This document shows positions 1-15,230 of a stretch of DNA of 64,000 bases, piece by piece (position 1 is the stretch's first letter; every line of letters starts with the position of its first letter). Made by a program: the position numbers and the translations under genes. The stretch lies in the NCBI RefSeq assembly GCF_009914755.1, contig NC_060928.1. One strand, 5' to 3'. The notes under the pieces are model-generated. The model saw nothing but the letters and a program-made list of their open reading frames with translations. It was not told the origin of the DNA and did not search any database. The DNA comes from the human T2T-CHM13v2.0 reference genome, Homo sapiens.

Positions 1-1270
<1,270 letters not shown>

Positions 1271-2209
1271 CATATATACACACACATACACACAAAAGAA
1301 AAACATGATCAAGTTTGATATGTAGTTATATCAACTGTATTTTTCATAATTCCTTATATCTTGAAGATATTCCCATTTGCCTTGCATGCATATTTCAAAC
1401 ACATCCCAGATTATCATGTCATAGGGTGAGGCCAAATGCTTCAGCCATTTCTGGAATTTAGCGAGTCTTATGTGATATAAGATTAGAAAAACATTTATAT
1501 CATCTACTCTAATTTCCTTATTTTAAGAATGAAGATACTGAAACATAGATATGCTCCGTGACTTTGCTGAGATGGTACAGTTGGAATATGTAGGATGGCT
1601 TTCAACTATGTGCATTGGAATAACTTCAGACATTATTAGCACATTTCAAAACTAAAAATTTAATCTAAAATACCTTGACTCCAAAATATTATACTCCTTA
1701 TTAAAGTAATTAAATAATGCCATTGATCATCACTTGTGGTAGCTATTCAGTGCAACTTTGGCCATTATCTCTAGTCCAGTGTCAATGTGTTTGATAACTA
1801 AATTATGAAATTAATTGTCAAGCTTCACAAAGAATAGTCCCATCAATGAGTAGGATCAAAAAATTCTATTAACAATGTTACATTGTTGAAAATATTTATA
1901 TGTTTGTATTATATATGTGCATATACATATTTGTGTGTCTGAATGTGTATATATAAACATATATGTATATTTACAATAGTCAACTCAATTTAAAAATATT
2001 TACATCTACATTTCTCTTCTAGTAGGTAAGTTGTCTGAATTGAGGTTTGGGCTATGTTAATTAAAATTTTGTATTAGGTCTTCCAGATGGGCTGACTGAA
2101 ATTTTAATCTCATTTAGGTTAAAATGGATAATTATTTAGTCAATGACCTAATTACTGATTACTAGGCCTAGATGTCTTACAAAATTTAAGGATGTATTTT
2201 TGATTCAAC

Positions 2210-3010
2210 TTTTTTTTTTAATTTCTTCCTCTTGAGTATGTGACTTTAATGTATATAGTTGAAGATTACCTAGCTTGGGCTCCGGACACTTTCAGAGGCA
2301 AAGACTCTGTATAAGTTCCTTGGTCATAAAGAATCTTTGTATGATATCTTTCTCAGATGCTGGTTCTAGTAGTAATATGCTGGGTGTGTGGCAGGTTCAC
2401 TGTTTCCTGTGGGACCAGAATGGCAGAGGTCCCATGAATCATATCTCATTCCCCACTGGTATGTTCTTTTAAGTATTTTTCTCTGTATTGTTTCCACTAT
2501 GTTGAACAGTTCAACCTTTAGGCTGGTGGGATGTGCTTTTGGGTAAAAACCAGCTACAACTGCAGCAGGTTGGTATATGCAATACTGTAAAGATGGGCAA
2601 AGATCCCAGCCTTAATAGAAGTGGCTGGGGGAGCACTCAGTGAAATGCACGGAGGTCCTTTCAGGGAGATGAGAGGGAGTTACTTCAGCTCCCCTTCCAG
2701 GCCAGCAAAAAAGCAATCTGCCCTCCAATTCATGCTCCTATCCCAGTGTTACAGCTATTCAGATCAAACAGGCATTTCTTTCCATCTATAGCAATGCTGA
2801 TGCTCCAGGTAGAGAGCCACTGAGACTCTACCCCTTGTGCAAACCTTAACCTATAGGGCATCCCACCTATGTGGATGCAATCACCCCAAAGTAACCCAGA
2901 AAGGCCATCTATAGGGACACCTGTGCTGAGCTCCCATGGGAGAAGCCCCAGCTGTGTCTGCGGTGGTGGCTGAGTGGGAGAAGGGGCCCATTCTCCAAGT
3001 CCCTTCATAA
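2210..3010 (-). mobile_element. L1 5'UTR fragment (L1PB-era), antisense
   Basis: Start resembles the antisense 5'UTR/ORF1 boundary of the L1 at ~31210-31310 in this window; GC-richer than flanks. Confidence 0.6.
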
Positions 3011-3011
3011 G

Positions 3012-3970
3012 CAACAAAATAAATAATCAACAGAGTAAACAAACAACCTACAAAATGGGAGAAAATATTTGCAAACTATACCTCTAATAAAGGACTAATA
3101 TCTAGAATCAAGAAGGAACTCAAATCAGCAAGAAAAAAAATCCCATTTAAAAGTGTACAAATGACATGAACAGATATTTCTCTAAAGAACACATACAAAT
3201 GGCCAAAAAGACATGAAAAAATGTTCAACACCACTAATCATCAGGGAAATGCAGATTAAAGATACCACTTCACCCCAGCCAGAATGGCCATTATTAAAGT
3301 CAAAAAGTAATAGGTGATCTGCAGATGTGGTGAAAGGGAAAGCTTTTATGCTGCTGGTGGGAATGTAAATTAGTACCACCTCTATGGAAAGCAGTATGGA
3401 CATTTCTCAAAGAATTAAAAGTAGATCAACCATTCAATTTCTTTGCTTAGATGACCAGTTCATTTGCAAAATAAGTTATTGTATAAATATCAAAAAGACA
3501 CCTGTGTATGCATGTTTATTGCAGCACAATTCACAACTGCAAAGATATGGAATCAACCAAAGTGCCCCTTAACCAATGACTGGTTAAAGAAAAAGTGGTG
3601 TATATGTGCCATGGAATACTACTCAGCCATAAAAATACAAAATAATGTCTTTTGCACAACTTGGATGGAATTGGAGGCCATTATCCTAAAGGAAATAACT
3701 CAGGAATAGAAAACTGAATACCACATTCTCTCACTTATAAGTGAGAGCTAAACTATGGCTATGCAAAGGCATATAGAGAGGTATGACATTGGAGACTCAG
3801 ACGGGGAGAGGTTGGGAGCAGGGTGAGGGATAAAAAATTACCTATTTGGTCAATGTATACTATTTGGGTGATGGGTACACTAAAAGCCCACACTTCACCA
3901 CTATACAACTCATCTATGTAGCCAAAAGCTACTTGTACCTCTAAAGTTACTGAAATATAAAATAAAAAAC
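3012..3970 (+). mobile_element. L1PB-like 3' end (ORF2 C-terminus + 3'UTR)
   Basis: L1 ORF2 tail motifs, ORF 3464-3709 (MFIAAQFTTAKIWNQPKCP..MEYYSAIK), L1PB/MA-type 3'UTR, A-rich end. Confidence 0.9.
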
Positions 3971-5585
3971 TTTTAAATCAATACAGTTTAAGGATGTTTT
4001 CAGTTGCCTTGAGAAGGGATAAGAATATTTTCAAAACTACATCTTTATTAAATTAATAACTGGACATTTTTTATACTGTATATTACTTGTCCTCTAAAGG
4101 ATTACATAAAGTTTGGTGTCTATATTGAAATAATTATGCAAAAGACCTAGAAGTGGCCTAGAGGACAGCAACCAAGATTTTTAAAGAACAGCAAATTGAA
4201 ACATTGGAAAAATGCGTATGAAGATTCAAAATTAACCAGACAGTGACTAATTTTTTCTCTAGTTCCCCAAATAACTATATGAGCGAGAAATTATGTTAGT
4301 TTCTATTGTTCAAGATGACAGTAAGAGTTGACTTTTGATTAAACACATGAATGGCCTCACCAGTAGTATAATAGACATTTCACCTCATCTCAGGGGAACT
4401 ATGAGGATATAATGGTTAAAGATAAACATCTGTCTGAGTAATTTAGCTGTTCACTTAATTTGGAATGATATAATCTAGCCATTTGAGTCTACTAGCTTCA
4501 GGATTCCCCCATGTTTTACACTCTTAAACACATTTCTCCTCCTGACATTTATTTTTGGCCATCAACTTATAGCAACAATTCCAGAAATGAAATTGCATAC
4601 TGGAAATGGTTTTAAAATACAAATTATTATTCAGGACAAAATTTAAACATAATGAGTGTGATTAAAATCACTTGCAGCAAAGGCAACTTGTGTGGCAATA
4701 TCAGTCAGTTACCAAAAAACAAAGAAATTGCCATTTCTTTTCAAGCTTTTGAAATCCAGACATTTTCACTTTCAGTAATGATTAAAATGAAATTACGATT
4801 GACTTGAGTGTCAGAAAATCACAGGAAAGTTTCAAGATCATTTTCTAAGATAAAAACTTCTTTATGATGCTGTAGGAGCTATTTATTTTCATTGAAAAGC
4901 CAAAAATATTTAAATTAATTGAGGAAAATAAAAATAAAATTTAAGAGAAGAGAAATGGAAGTGCAATATAAAAAACAGAAAAGAGGAAATAAAACATCAC
5001 AAATTCAAAATGAGGGAAAATAATGGTTTTTCATACACAAGAACAGGTACATTGGGTCTTTAACAAATATAAACAGAATGATGTTAATACTGTATTCTAT
5101 ATTCAGTAACAATTTAGTATTTTAAATTTTTCTATTCAAAATCAAAACTTTATATAACAAACCTATGCAGAGTCATTCATTTGGGAAAAAGACAACATTT
5201 ATTGAAGAGCATCTACTGGTTCCAGCTCCTGTTTTGAATGCTACACAGGATTCATAGATTAACATTGTCCTTATGGAAAAGTTTGGCTGTGATTATGATT
5301 ATAGTGGAGTCATTAGAGAAACCAATGGGAGAAGAAAAAATGTAGAAAAGAAAGTCAAAGGGTGATATCTATTTAAGAATTTGCTTCTTTACTAATCACA
5401 TAGGTCCTTTTTTCCTATCCCCAACACCCAAGTAATAATATAAATGTAAATACTATGTTCCTGTTCCCAAAAATGTTCAAGAAAATAGAACATATGTGTA
5501 AAAAAAATCAACAATTTAGAATGCTTAAAGAATACAACAAAAGTAGAATCTTGAGACATACTAAAATTTGACTGATGAGAATTAC

Positions 5586-5650
5586 TGATATGGTTTGGCT
5601 GTGTCCTCACCCAAATCTCACCTTGAATTGTAGCTCCCATAATCTCTGTG
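5586..5650 (+). mobile_element. THE1/MST (MaLR) LTR 5' stub
   Basis: TGATATGGTTTGGCTGTGTCC..ACCCAAATCTCACCTTGAATTGTAGCTCCCATAAT matches the THE1 LTR start; similarity stops after ~65 bp. Confidence 0.85.
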
Positions 5651-6579
5651 TCTTAGTAGTGAGTTATAAATTCAGATAATCAACTTAGAGAAAAGGTATA
5701 ATGATAACAATTGATTAAGAAAGCAAGGGAAACTAACTTCCATTGAGATCCAGGCATGGAGCTTGATGCTTTTTCTAATCAATCTTTCCTTTTATTTTTA
5801 TATTACTAGAAAGTAATTGTGTTCGTCAGGATAAAATTTCAAACCCCCCAAAATAAAAAAGTTGGAAAATTCCAAATGTTGACTTCATGTGAAGCAATGA
5901 GAACCTTCATCCATTGCTGTTGGGAAAACCATTTTGGAAAATAGACTAATAACCTAAGATCCAATAATTTCTGTCCAAATATAACTGTCTTAGCCTGGAT
6001 TTTAAAATAGACCCTTAATGCCAATGGTTAATGTGGAAATTGCAATCCCAGAGCCAAGAATGCTAGGAAAAATGAAAGTGAGACAGGGAAAGACTGAAAG
6101 CAATGTGAAGTCATGAGTTAATCTAGTGGCTGCTGCTCCAAGATGTGCTGAGAATGGACAGCAGGTGGTTTTTTGGCAGCTGTGCCCTGGTTATGGGATG
6201 ACTCTGAAAAGACTATACTGAAGAAAAGATGCATTGGTACAGTATACTGGCTGATTGCAGGAACAGGGAATTTGTCTTTCCATTCCTTTTGGTTTCCTTT
6301 TTTTCATTGGTTAGTTTGCTGCCCAAGAGGCTTAGACCATTCTAGGTTGCATCACTAACCCTCTGGCAGTTGCTTGGGAAGCTGGATACCTTGCTCTGTG
6401 ACAGTCACTTCCTTTAAGACCATAAGGGGCAGGAAGAGCCCGAGAATTTAGGTGTATGTCCAGTCCACTTTAGGTGACAACATGTTGGTCTTGGTAGCAG
6501 CTGGGGTTTATAAAATGCCAAAGATGAAGCTGAATTTTTTTAAACTGTGAGGAGATGTATTAAAAATGTCCAAAACAAA

Positions 6580-6935
6580 ACCTTAGAGAATTTCTGGCAT
6601 ATGTATAGTAGCAGAAAATAGTTCAAAACCAGAAAGAAAAGTGATATAATCTGAATATCCATTTAAGGAGAAAGACAAAAATTGTGGCATAGTGATACAA
6701 TGAAATAATAAGCCATTGTCAAAATGAGTGAATGATCACCGCAAATATCAACATGGATAAATCACAAAATAATACTGAATGAAAGAACCAAGTCAAAGAT
6801 GAATGTATGCAGTGAGATTCCAATATATAGTTTAAAAACAGAAAAAAATAAAATAGTACATTAAATAGAAATACCTATATATATGGCAAACTTCAAATAA
6901 GGGCAAAAAAAAATTAGGCTAGTGTTTGCCTCTAG
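6580..6935 (+). mobile_element. Ancient L1M 3' fragment
   Basis: Degenerate L1 3' motifs (AATTGTGG..ATACAATG.AATA; CAACATGGATAAATC.CAAAA..ATACTGAATGAAAGAA.CCAAG). Confidence 0.65.
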
Positions 6936-7569
6936 GTTACAGGTACATGTAATCATGTACCTGTACATGGGGTACATGGGGTCTGACTTTGAAGGCCCCA
7001 GTAATAACTGATTATTTAACCAGAGAATATGTGGGTATTCATTTGTTATACTCTAAATTATTTATATATGCATTATATAACATTGACTTCTTAAAAAATA
7101 TTCACCAATTGAACTCTGCTCTGTTCCTTTCTGCCAAAAGCAGAGCTACAAGGTGCAAAGAGCCTCCGTCTTTCAATCATCAAGTAAAGAAATGCTGTCC
7201 ACCAACCAGGAACACCGACTAAACCATTACATGTGTAAGAAGTAAACTTCAATTTTATAGTTATGGGGGCTACTTATTCAGAAACTAGCCACACCAAAAA
7301 AAAAAAAAAACCTTCAGTTTTATATTTATGGTGGCTACGTGTTCAGAAACTAGCAATACCCACATATGTGTGTGAGTGTATATGTAGAATGTATATTGCA
7401 ACAGAAAATAAGAAATGTACATGTAACCTATGAAGCACAATTATAAAAACCACCATGTTCCCCTTATTTAACTTAGGAAGTAGAACATTCACAACTTTTT
7501 TGAAACTCTCTGTGTGCACTTGTGTACCACACAGGTTGGGAAAAAAGATACATTGAAGAACTCTTCTCA

Positions 7570-7995
7570 GAAATATAGACCCTAACTTCAGGGCCTTTGT
7601 ACTTTCTGTTCCTTCTACCTGGATTCATCTTCTTCCAGATACTTGTGCAGATACCTGTACCTCCTTCACCCATTTGAAGTCCTGCTACTTTATATCTTTT
7701 AATGTAGCTTTCTCTGGTCATGATATTTAAAATTTCACACATAACTCTCCCAACAAATGTCTATTACTATTTCCTTTTTAAAATTTTTATCCATAGTATT
7801 TATTACTTCTAACTAACTGGGTAATTTACTCATTTTATTTATTTTTTATCTTTCCCTACTAGAATATTAATTAGATCCATTAATTGAGGGATTTCTCTCT
7901 GTTCTGTATCTATAATACATAAGGCTGTACTTGGAGTTACTCAACACATATTTCTTGAATGAATGAATTCATGAATGAATGAATGAATGAATGAA
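7570..7995 (+). mobile_element. L2 3' end with (TGAA)n tail
   Basis: CAGGGCCTTTG.ACTT.CTGTTCC.TCT.CCTGG L2 motif; ends CTCAA.A.ATATTT.TTGAATGAATGAA. Confidence 0.8.
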
Positions 7996-9894
7996 GACTG
8001 TGCTGTCAACACAGCCCAGTAAACTGTGATATGTGCTAGGTCACAATTTGTAGTTGGCCTTTGAAAACTGACCACTCTTTCATTGGCATAGCCAACCTTT
8101 TGATGTTTTGTGAACTTGCTCAAACTTATGTGTACCTAAATATATCTCTAACCAAAGAAAATTCTGCTCATATTCAGAATCTTTCAGTCTAGTCAAGTAT
8201 AATGGTCTCTTCTGTATACCTATCTTTAGCTGAAGTTCAACTAAGACACGCAGACTTAGATCATCAATTCCTGTACATCAAAATCTCCATTTGAAGATTT
8301 ATTCTCTAGCAGCAGGATTCCCTTTATCAAATAGGTAGCGACACTTGGATCATGAATCACCCCTTATGGCATAAAGCCTGTACATCCTACCTTGTTTTAC
8401 AATCTTTACGCCTCAACCTACTCAGAAAAGAAAGACTTCCCACCTCGTGTCCCCCAATGAATCTATCAGTTAAAATCATTTGTCTCAATAAAGCCACAAT
8501 TCATTTAAAGAAAAAAGGGGGAAAGGGGGAACAGCCATACTCAGAGAATGGCTCAGTTTTTTTCCTTGATTATGTTAAAAAAAAACCTCTCATGTGCTGT
8601 GCTCCTAAGCCATAGGAATCATTTCAAAGGCAGCTGTGTATTTCTTTTACCAACGAATTCCAAGACTAAAAAAGACTCCCAAAGCAAATAATAATAATAA
8701 TAATAATAATCTTGAACTAACATGATTCTCAACAGGAGGTGAAGACAACCCTCCTTTTCCCTGAAGCCTATATGTGGATTTGGCAGTCTCTTTACCTGTG
8801 AGAGTTTATTCCAGTTGGAGAAGGCCTGATCCTGGCTCCCTTCTGCCGGGACTTTAGAAATTCATGGTCAGTAAAACCATTTTGAGAAAAATAATTATAT
8901 TTATATTGTTTTTAAGAAAAAAACCATTTGAATGACCTGTCATATTATTGTCATAAACCCTGAGTATTCTTATATAAAGAGTTTGTATTTTCCATATAAT
9001 GAAGGAATTAAAGTTGCTTATCTATATGAAAAATGCAGCTGGTTTGTTAAACGTACATTTTTTCTAATATAACCATTTATTGTTTGTTAATATTTTACAG
9101 AAAATAGCATTAAACTTATAAAATTTAAATGTCTTAAGTGGACTTTGTAAATACTGTCTAGCATACTTTCATGATGACAAGATTCAGAACAAGTATAATT
9201 TTGATATGAAGACATCTTTAATACAACCTGAATAAATAAAACTCTGAGTAAGAGGGCTCTGAGAGATTTCAACATTTATTTTTATCAACTGTCTGCGAAT
9301 GCTGTTTTATCTCAGAGCCCTGTCTCCCCACTGTAAGCTGAGTCAACAACTATTGATCTGCCCCATTTTTTTGTGAGCACCTACTAATTCAAGGTTGCAA
9401 ACTCTGACATCAGCAGAATTCTTACTAGCTTGAATTAAACCAAAGAAAATGGAGCTTATAGTTTTCTGCTTCAGTAAAAAAAAAATACAGTACACATTTT
9501 AATTTTAATGAGTGTTTTGAAAGAAAAATACAGATTTAATAAGTATAATAATTATGGAAACCTAAGGAAGGAAGATTGCAGATTTCAGCTGAGATCTGGA
9601 AAATGGGCAGAAATTGATCAGACAGGCAGTAGATGAATGTGTATTCCTGGTGGTGTGAATAGTATGTGCAAAGGCCCTATGGCAGAGAAGAGTTTGATGT
9701 AATCAAGAAATTGGATTTTAAACATCTTGTGTCTAAAGTTAATAAATAAGAATATATTAGTTCAGATTTAAAAGAAATACTCTAATAAATAACAGGAAGT
9801 CTCAATAGCTTAATATAAGTAAAATGTATTGCTTACTGCTGTCCAAAGCTGGTCAGATGGCTCTCCTCCAAGTGGTGCCTTAGGCATAAAGATT

Positions 9895-10011
9895 CTTTTT
9901 TTTACATTTTATTATTATTATACTTTAAGTTTTAGGGTACATGTGCACAACGTGCAGGTTTGTTACATATGTATACATGTGCCATGTTGGTGTGCTGCAC
10001 CCATTAACTCG
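9895..10011 (-). mobile_element. Extremely 5'-truncated young L1 (L1PA3/4-like) 3' tail inside an old MaLR-like LTR (~9755-10240)
   Basis: TTATACTTTAAGTTTTAGGGTACATGTGCACAACGTGCAGGTTTGTTACATATG..CCCATTAACTCGT, near-consensus. Confidence 0.92.
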
Positions 10012-13000
10012 TTTATTGTGTGGTTTTACCATTTAGAATACTTCTCTTCCAAGAGAGAGAAAGAGGGAGACCATTTTGAAAATGTTAGTATTGCAAGTGG
10101 GATATGCCCCTTCTACTCATATTCCATTAATGCAAATTGTTCATCTGCCCCCAACTTAGCTGCAAGGGTAAATGATAAGTATATTTTTTCTTTCTTTTAT
10201 GTTCAGAAAAGCTAAATATTGACATGATCTTTGCCACAAAGACAAAAGAGAGATAAAAGCTGAGGCGAGAAGGCTAAGTAGGTGCCACAAGATACAGAGT
10301 CTTAAGGTCCACTAAGGCATTGAATTTTATCTAAAAAGAAAATTGGAAGCTAAGGAATGACTTTAAGCAGGAGAGTGATATAAAATCATTTGCACTTTTG
10401 AAAGATCACTCTAATTTTAATGTGATTAAAGAGAACTGGATGTACTGCTCTGAGGCTCAAAAAGAGAGGAAGACTAGGAAACAAAAGTTAGGATTTGTTG
10501 CCCTGTAGGAAGTAATTAGGGTAAATGGGTGAGTTTGCATTAGGGGGAGAAAAATTCAAATATTTTCCAAAATAAAAGCTGGTTAAAATTACTATTATTT
10601 TTCATTTAATTCCTGTTTCAGTATAGCTCAAAGTCTAGTGAAATGGCTTCGGCTTTCAGATTAATAGCTATCATCATACTGTACATTCAGAAAAGGGAGA
10701 GAAAGGAGGGTATGTGGATGTGACATTTTATTTTCCTTTTGCCATCTGGAGAGTGCTGATACAGTACATGTAGCTTTATTGTACCTACTTCTTGGACTAA
10801 TTTTGGAAACATCACAAATAGCCTACATTTTTATTTCTAGAACTTTTAAAAAAATGTGTGAAAACATTTAAGTGTATGGATGAGTCAAAGGATAACTTTC
10901 TGTGAGTCACTGAGCAGTAAAGAATAGAAATGCCAGTTTCAATCTCTAATAACTGACAGTTTTAATAAACATTTATAAAACAAGAATATCTGTACCATAA
11001 CATGAAGTAGGATGAAAATGCAATGCAGTGTTCTCCCTTCATTAAAAGCTCCTGAATATGAAAACTTAATGACTAATTGATAAAAGGTCATCCCTAAGGC
11101 ACTGCAGGTGGGAAGGTGAAGGGGCAAGGGCCATGTTAGTCTAGGTCAGTTACGTTTCCCAGAGAAAACATGTGCTTTCAGGCAAAATCTGGTTTCAATA
11201 CTATTAGGGTTTGTTTATTTATCCCAATCAATGGTCATATGTGTAACAAAATGAAGAGAAGGTATAAGCAAATATGAAGTGGTCTTTGCGGGTTTCAGTT
11301 ACCAGTAAAGAGCAGAGCAAGGGAATGGCTCAGGGGATAAACAGTAGGGGGATTTTAGAAGCTCTGGTTAACAGGATCTTCAAAGTCAGTTGCATATAAA
11401 TATCCATTTTCTTACCCAAAGTTAACTGTATCTGATGTAATTACTCCACTACCAGTATAACGTAGTTGACATATACATTTTGAACTGGAATCATAGTTCT
11501 ATCCCCAAAGTAATTTGTTTTTAAGAAACAGGGGTGTTGCAACTGAAACATCTCCTAATTATCATTAACCTAGTTGCCATAGTATCTCATAAATGCATGC
11601 ATTTATATAGTTCAAACAGACTTCAAACCTTTTTTTTTAACATCACAGTGATTCTTTGAGAATCTGATGACAGCTATAGACCTGTGCTCCAGAAAATAAA
11701 ATGCCACACATATAGTGACACTATTTTTTTTTTTGACCCCTGAACTCAACTAAGTATCAGAAATGTATGCCTGAGAAGGGGGATATCTTTTTCCAAACCT
11801 GGGACTTGTAATTCATTCTTTCAACTCTCGGTCCACTATCACACCTATCATTAAACATTTTCTTATGTTAATTCTATTTTTATGAGCATACATTTATTCT
11901 GCAGATTTTTACTAGCAGGAGGGCTTTGCTAACTCTGCAATGTGCTCCATAAAAAATTCACATAGAACTTGTCATCTGCTTTTAAACTCTCTCTTCAAAA
12001 GTGTAAGCAGAAAATTCCTGAGACCCTCTCAAATGGAGATGTACATTTCCCAATATTCTCTCTTCTCCGCTTTTCAAAATTACACAGTTCCATTTCTGTA
12101 ATGTGACGTCCAGTACTAGGACATTACTTGAGCTGGGTTTTCACCACACTTATTAACAAATTATAGAGTTGGCTCTTCTGATTTATAAACTTTCTTTCCA
12201 TAATGCATTCCTGTTTGACATGGTTCCAGCTACTGCAACTAGATCAAAGACAGACAGAGAGGAGAAACTAGTAGGTTTCTCTTTAATACATTTTCTGCTT
12301 TAATACATTTTCTCAATCCAAAAAGGGACAATTTTTGCAAAACCAGTGAGGTTCAGAATGGGCTTAAGTGACAAAGGGAGTCATTAGAGATTTTCTTCTA
12401 ACTTATATTACAATCCTTCTAATCATCTCTACTGGTTTTCCTACATATTATTTTTAAACTTACTCTATCCCAGAAAGGTATTGACAACGAACAAATTTCA
12501 TGTTTTTTTTTTTATCTAATCCCTTAGCATATGAGTTAAGGAATTGTAAGAAAAGAACTAATAGTATTTTATGCCATGCATATAATGTACAAGCCCAAAT
12601 CCAATGCTTTATAGTTACAACCTTAGGGTGAGTCTAAGCCATCATCATTGGAACCTAAAGATTTTTAACTGTAGAGAAATCATTAGGTCCTCTTTCTTTC
12701 CTGAACATGAAGAATATTTCTGCCTTGAGTGGAATGAAAGCAGCATGAGTACAGAATAAATTGACAATAGAAGAAACTAAAGTAAGATATTTCAGAAAGA
12801 AAAATAAGTCAAAAGCAAAAAGAAAAAAAAAAGTTGCCTGTTAGAAGACGGTTCTTGGAAAACTCCAAGAACACAAAGGAAGGGAATTAAATTGTTTAAG
12901 TTGCTTCCAGACTAATGACTTTAGCCTTATCTTTTGGACTATTCAATACCACATAAGGGAATGACAGACAATACCCAACAATGAGATGCGTGGGGTGGAA

Positions 13001-14089
13001 TGAAACAGGGAAACACCAAGCAAACACGTCTAGGCACTATCATGGAAGATTAGACATTTACTGCAGGCATGAATGCTATTACTTCTAATGGTTACCTATG
13101 GGACAAGAAATATGAAAATATGTTCTGCAACAGGAAAAAATCCAGTTTATTTAAAAGAATATAATTTGATTTTAAGGTGCTTTAAAGACATCCTTTTGCA
13201 GAATAAATTTGACATCAGTAATGCCCCATCTAAATTTCATGTAGTTTGTGACTGGAGCTACAAGGACATTCAACAGGTAGCAAACTCTACAGTACAAACA
13301 TCGAAATGTGAGAAGTCCTGGAGTCTCAAAATTACCTTCTACCCTTTACAAAACCTGGATGTTTCACAGTGAACCACCTCCTGAGTTAAACCCAATGTCT
13401 CTGAATATCTTCTTTGCAAAGCAGATTCTGTTACTTTAAAAAGAGGAAGTACATTAACCAATTAGTAACCATTCAGTAGCATGGTTGGGGATAAGCTATT
13501 TATTTTTAAGTAGATACTTAAGGTTTCTCCCTTGGCAAGACATTTGGAAACTTAAGAAATATGGGCAATGCTCAGAGACAACTGACACAGAGTGCCAAAA
13601 TAACTTGCTGTAATCCAAAAGAGGAAAACCAAATGCTTAAGAGTTTGGGACAGCACGCAGAAAAGTGCTAGATTATAGAAAAGTATGGGCAAAGAGCACT
13701 GAAGACAACAAATATCCAAATTCAATATTGCCAAAGCCTGTGTGTTTGCCAGAATATTTTAGGTTAATGCTGGTTTTAATTATTTCCAACTCCATTCTCA
13801 CTCTCAGAGGGGGTCTAATTTAATTTTTAAATGTTCAGGTCACCTCACCATAAGACATCCCTTTGAGATTGATGAATGGCCTAGATAGTAGAAGAGAAAG
13901 CCTTGTGAAGGGAAAATTTTTGCATGTGGATATGAATGGAAATGTCTTAGCAAGATTGTTGAGGACATTGAATGCCAAGCTAAGACATTAGAAAGTTATT
14001 CTTTGAGACCAGAGTCTCTGGTTCAGAGGAATTTTTTTTCCCACTATGTCTGCTCTGTAAACGCAGTTCTGCTCATGAGTTCACTCTCA

Positions 14090-15230
14090 CTTAAGGGAGT
14101 ATGTATGCTTTATCATGCCACATATCTCATCTCTTCTTTCCCTGCACGGGTCACGTCATTTCTATTGCTGGTTTTTAATCCTATAACCAAACCTTTAATG
14201 TTCTGGTTCCTCAGGAATCCATAATGGGCTTTCTTTACTGTTTCCTCTACTATCTCAATTGACTATCTCCACAGACCCATAGCTTTAAATATCTATTTAT
14301 GCTGCTGTCTACCACACTTACATCCCCAGCCCAATCTTCTCCTTGGGCTGCCCAGCAGGTACACACAACTAACTATTTGACTTTCATACTTAGATGCTTC
14401 ACAGACATCTTAAAATGGAATTCTTGACTTCCACTTACAATTTCTATTTCAGCAAATTGCACATGCCAGAAACCCATGAAGGATATTTAATTCCTCTTTT
14501 TGTCTCTCTTGCCCTTGATAAATAATCTACCAATATGTTCCATCGGATCTACCTCCAGAACCTACCTGGGATCCACCAAGTACCTCCTAATTCATTTTAT
14601 TGACTTCAATCTGGTCACCATCCTCTTTCATCTGGCCTTACTGCACCTGCCTTCTCACTTGTCTCCCTGCTTCCATTCTTGTCCCTCCAATTCACTCTCC
14701 AAACATTGGCCACAGGCATCTTAAGGCACGAGATTCATGTCAATGTCTGACCTTTGAAGAGCTGTCTATTGAATAACACTCCATACTAAGGACGACAAGG
14801 TTTTGTTTGGCCTAGTCCCTATCATCCCATACCTCTCACACCACCCTTCTTCTTGGGCCTCATTCTTCATACTCCTTGCTCTTCTTTAGAGACATCTTGC
14901 TTTTCCCTAGTTTTGAGAGGTTTGCACATGCTTGTCTTTCTGCTGAAGTGCTCTGCTCTTCAAATGCACATGGCCATCTCATTTTTGTCTCCTTTAGGTT
15001 TTGGCTTAAATTTCACCTTTTCATGGAAGACTTCCTTGGATTCTGTCTCAGTCTATTATTTCTATAAAATATCATAATTAATAATCACTTCATGTATTTC
15101 TCTTTTTACTAATTCACTGCTTTTTCAAATATAAGCACCATTTCTGTGCTTTTTACCTTATGACTCCAGAGCTGTAACATCATAAGCACTAAGTAAATAT
15201 TTGATTAATGAATATAATAGTGAATCAATT
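14090..15230 (+). mobile_element. L2 (degenerate, ~1.1 kb)
   Basis: Pyrimidine-rich L2 motifs; 3' end CATAAGCACTAAGTAAATATTTGATTAATGAAT. Confidence 0.7.

Noticed and set aside
9895-10011. Possible target-site deletion at the short L1PA tail (no obvious TSD)
   Set aside because: The flanks read continuously through a T tract, so a short TSD could be hidden; no evidence of deletion
10500-13900. Long repeat-poor region searched for coding exons
   Set aside because: No convincing splice-bounded ORF or recognisable peptide by eye; small exons cannot be excluded
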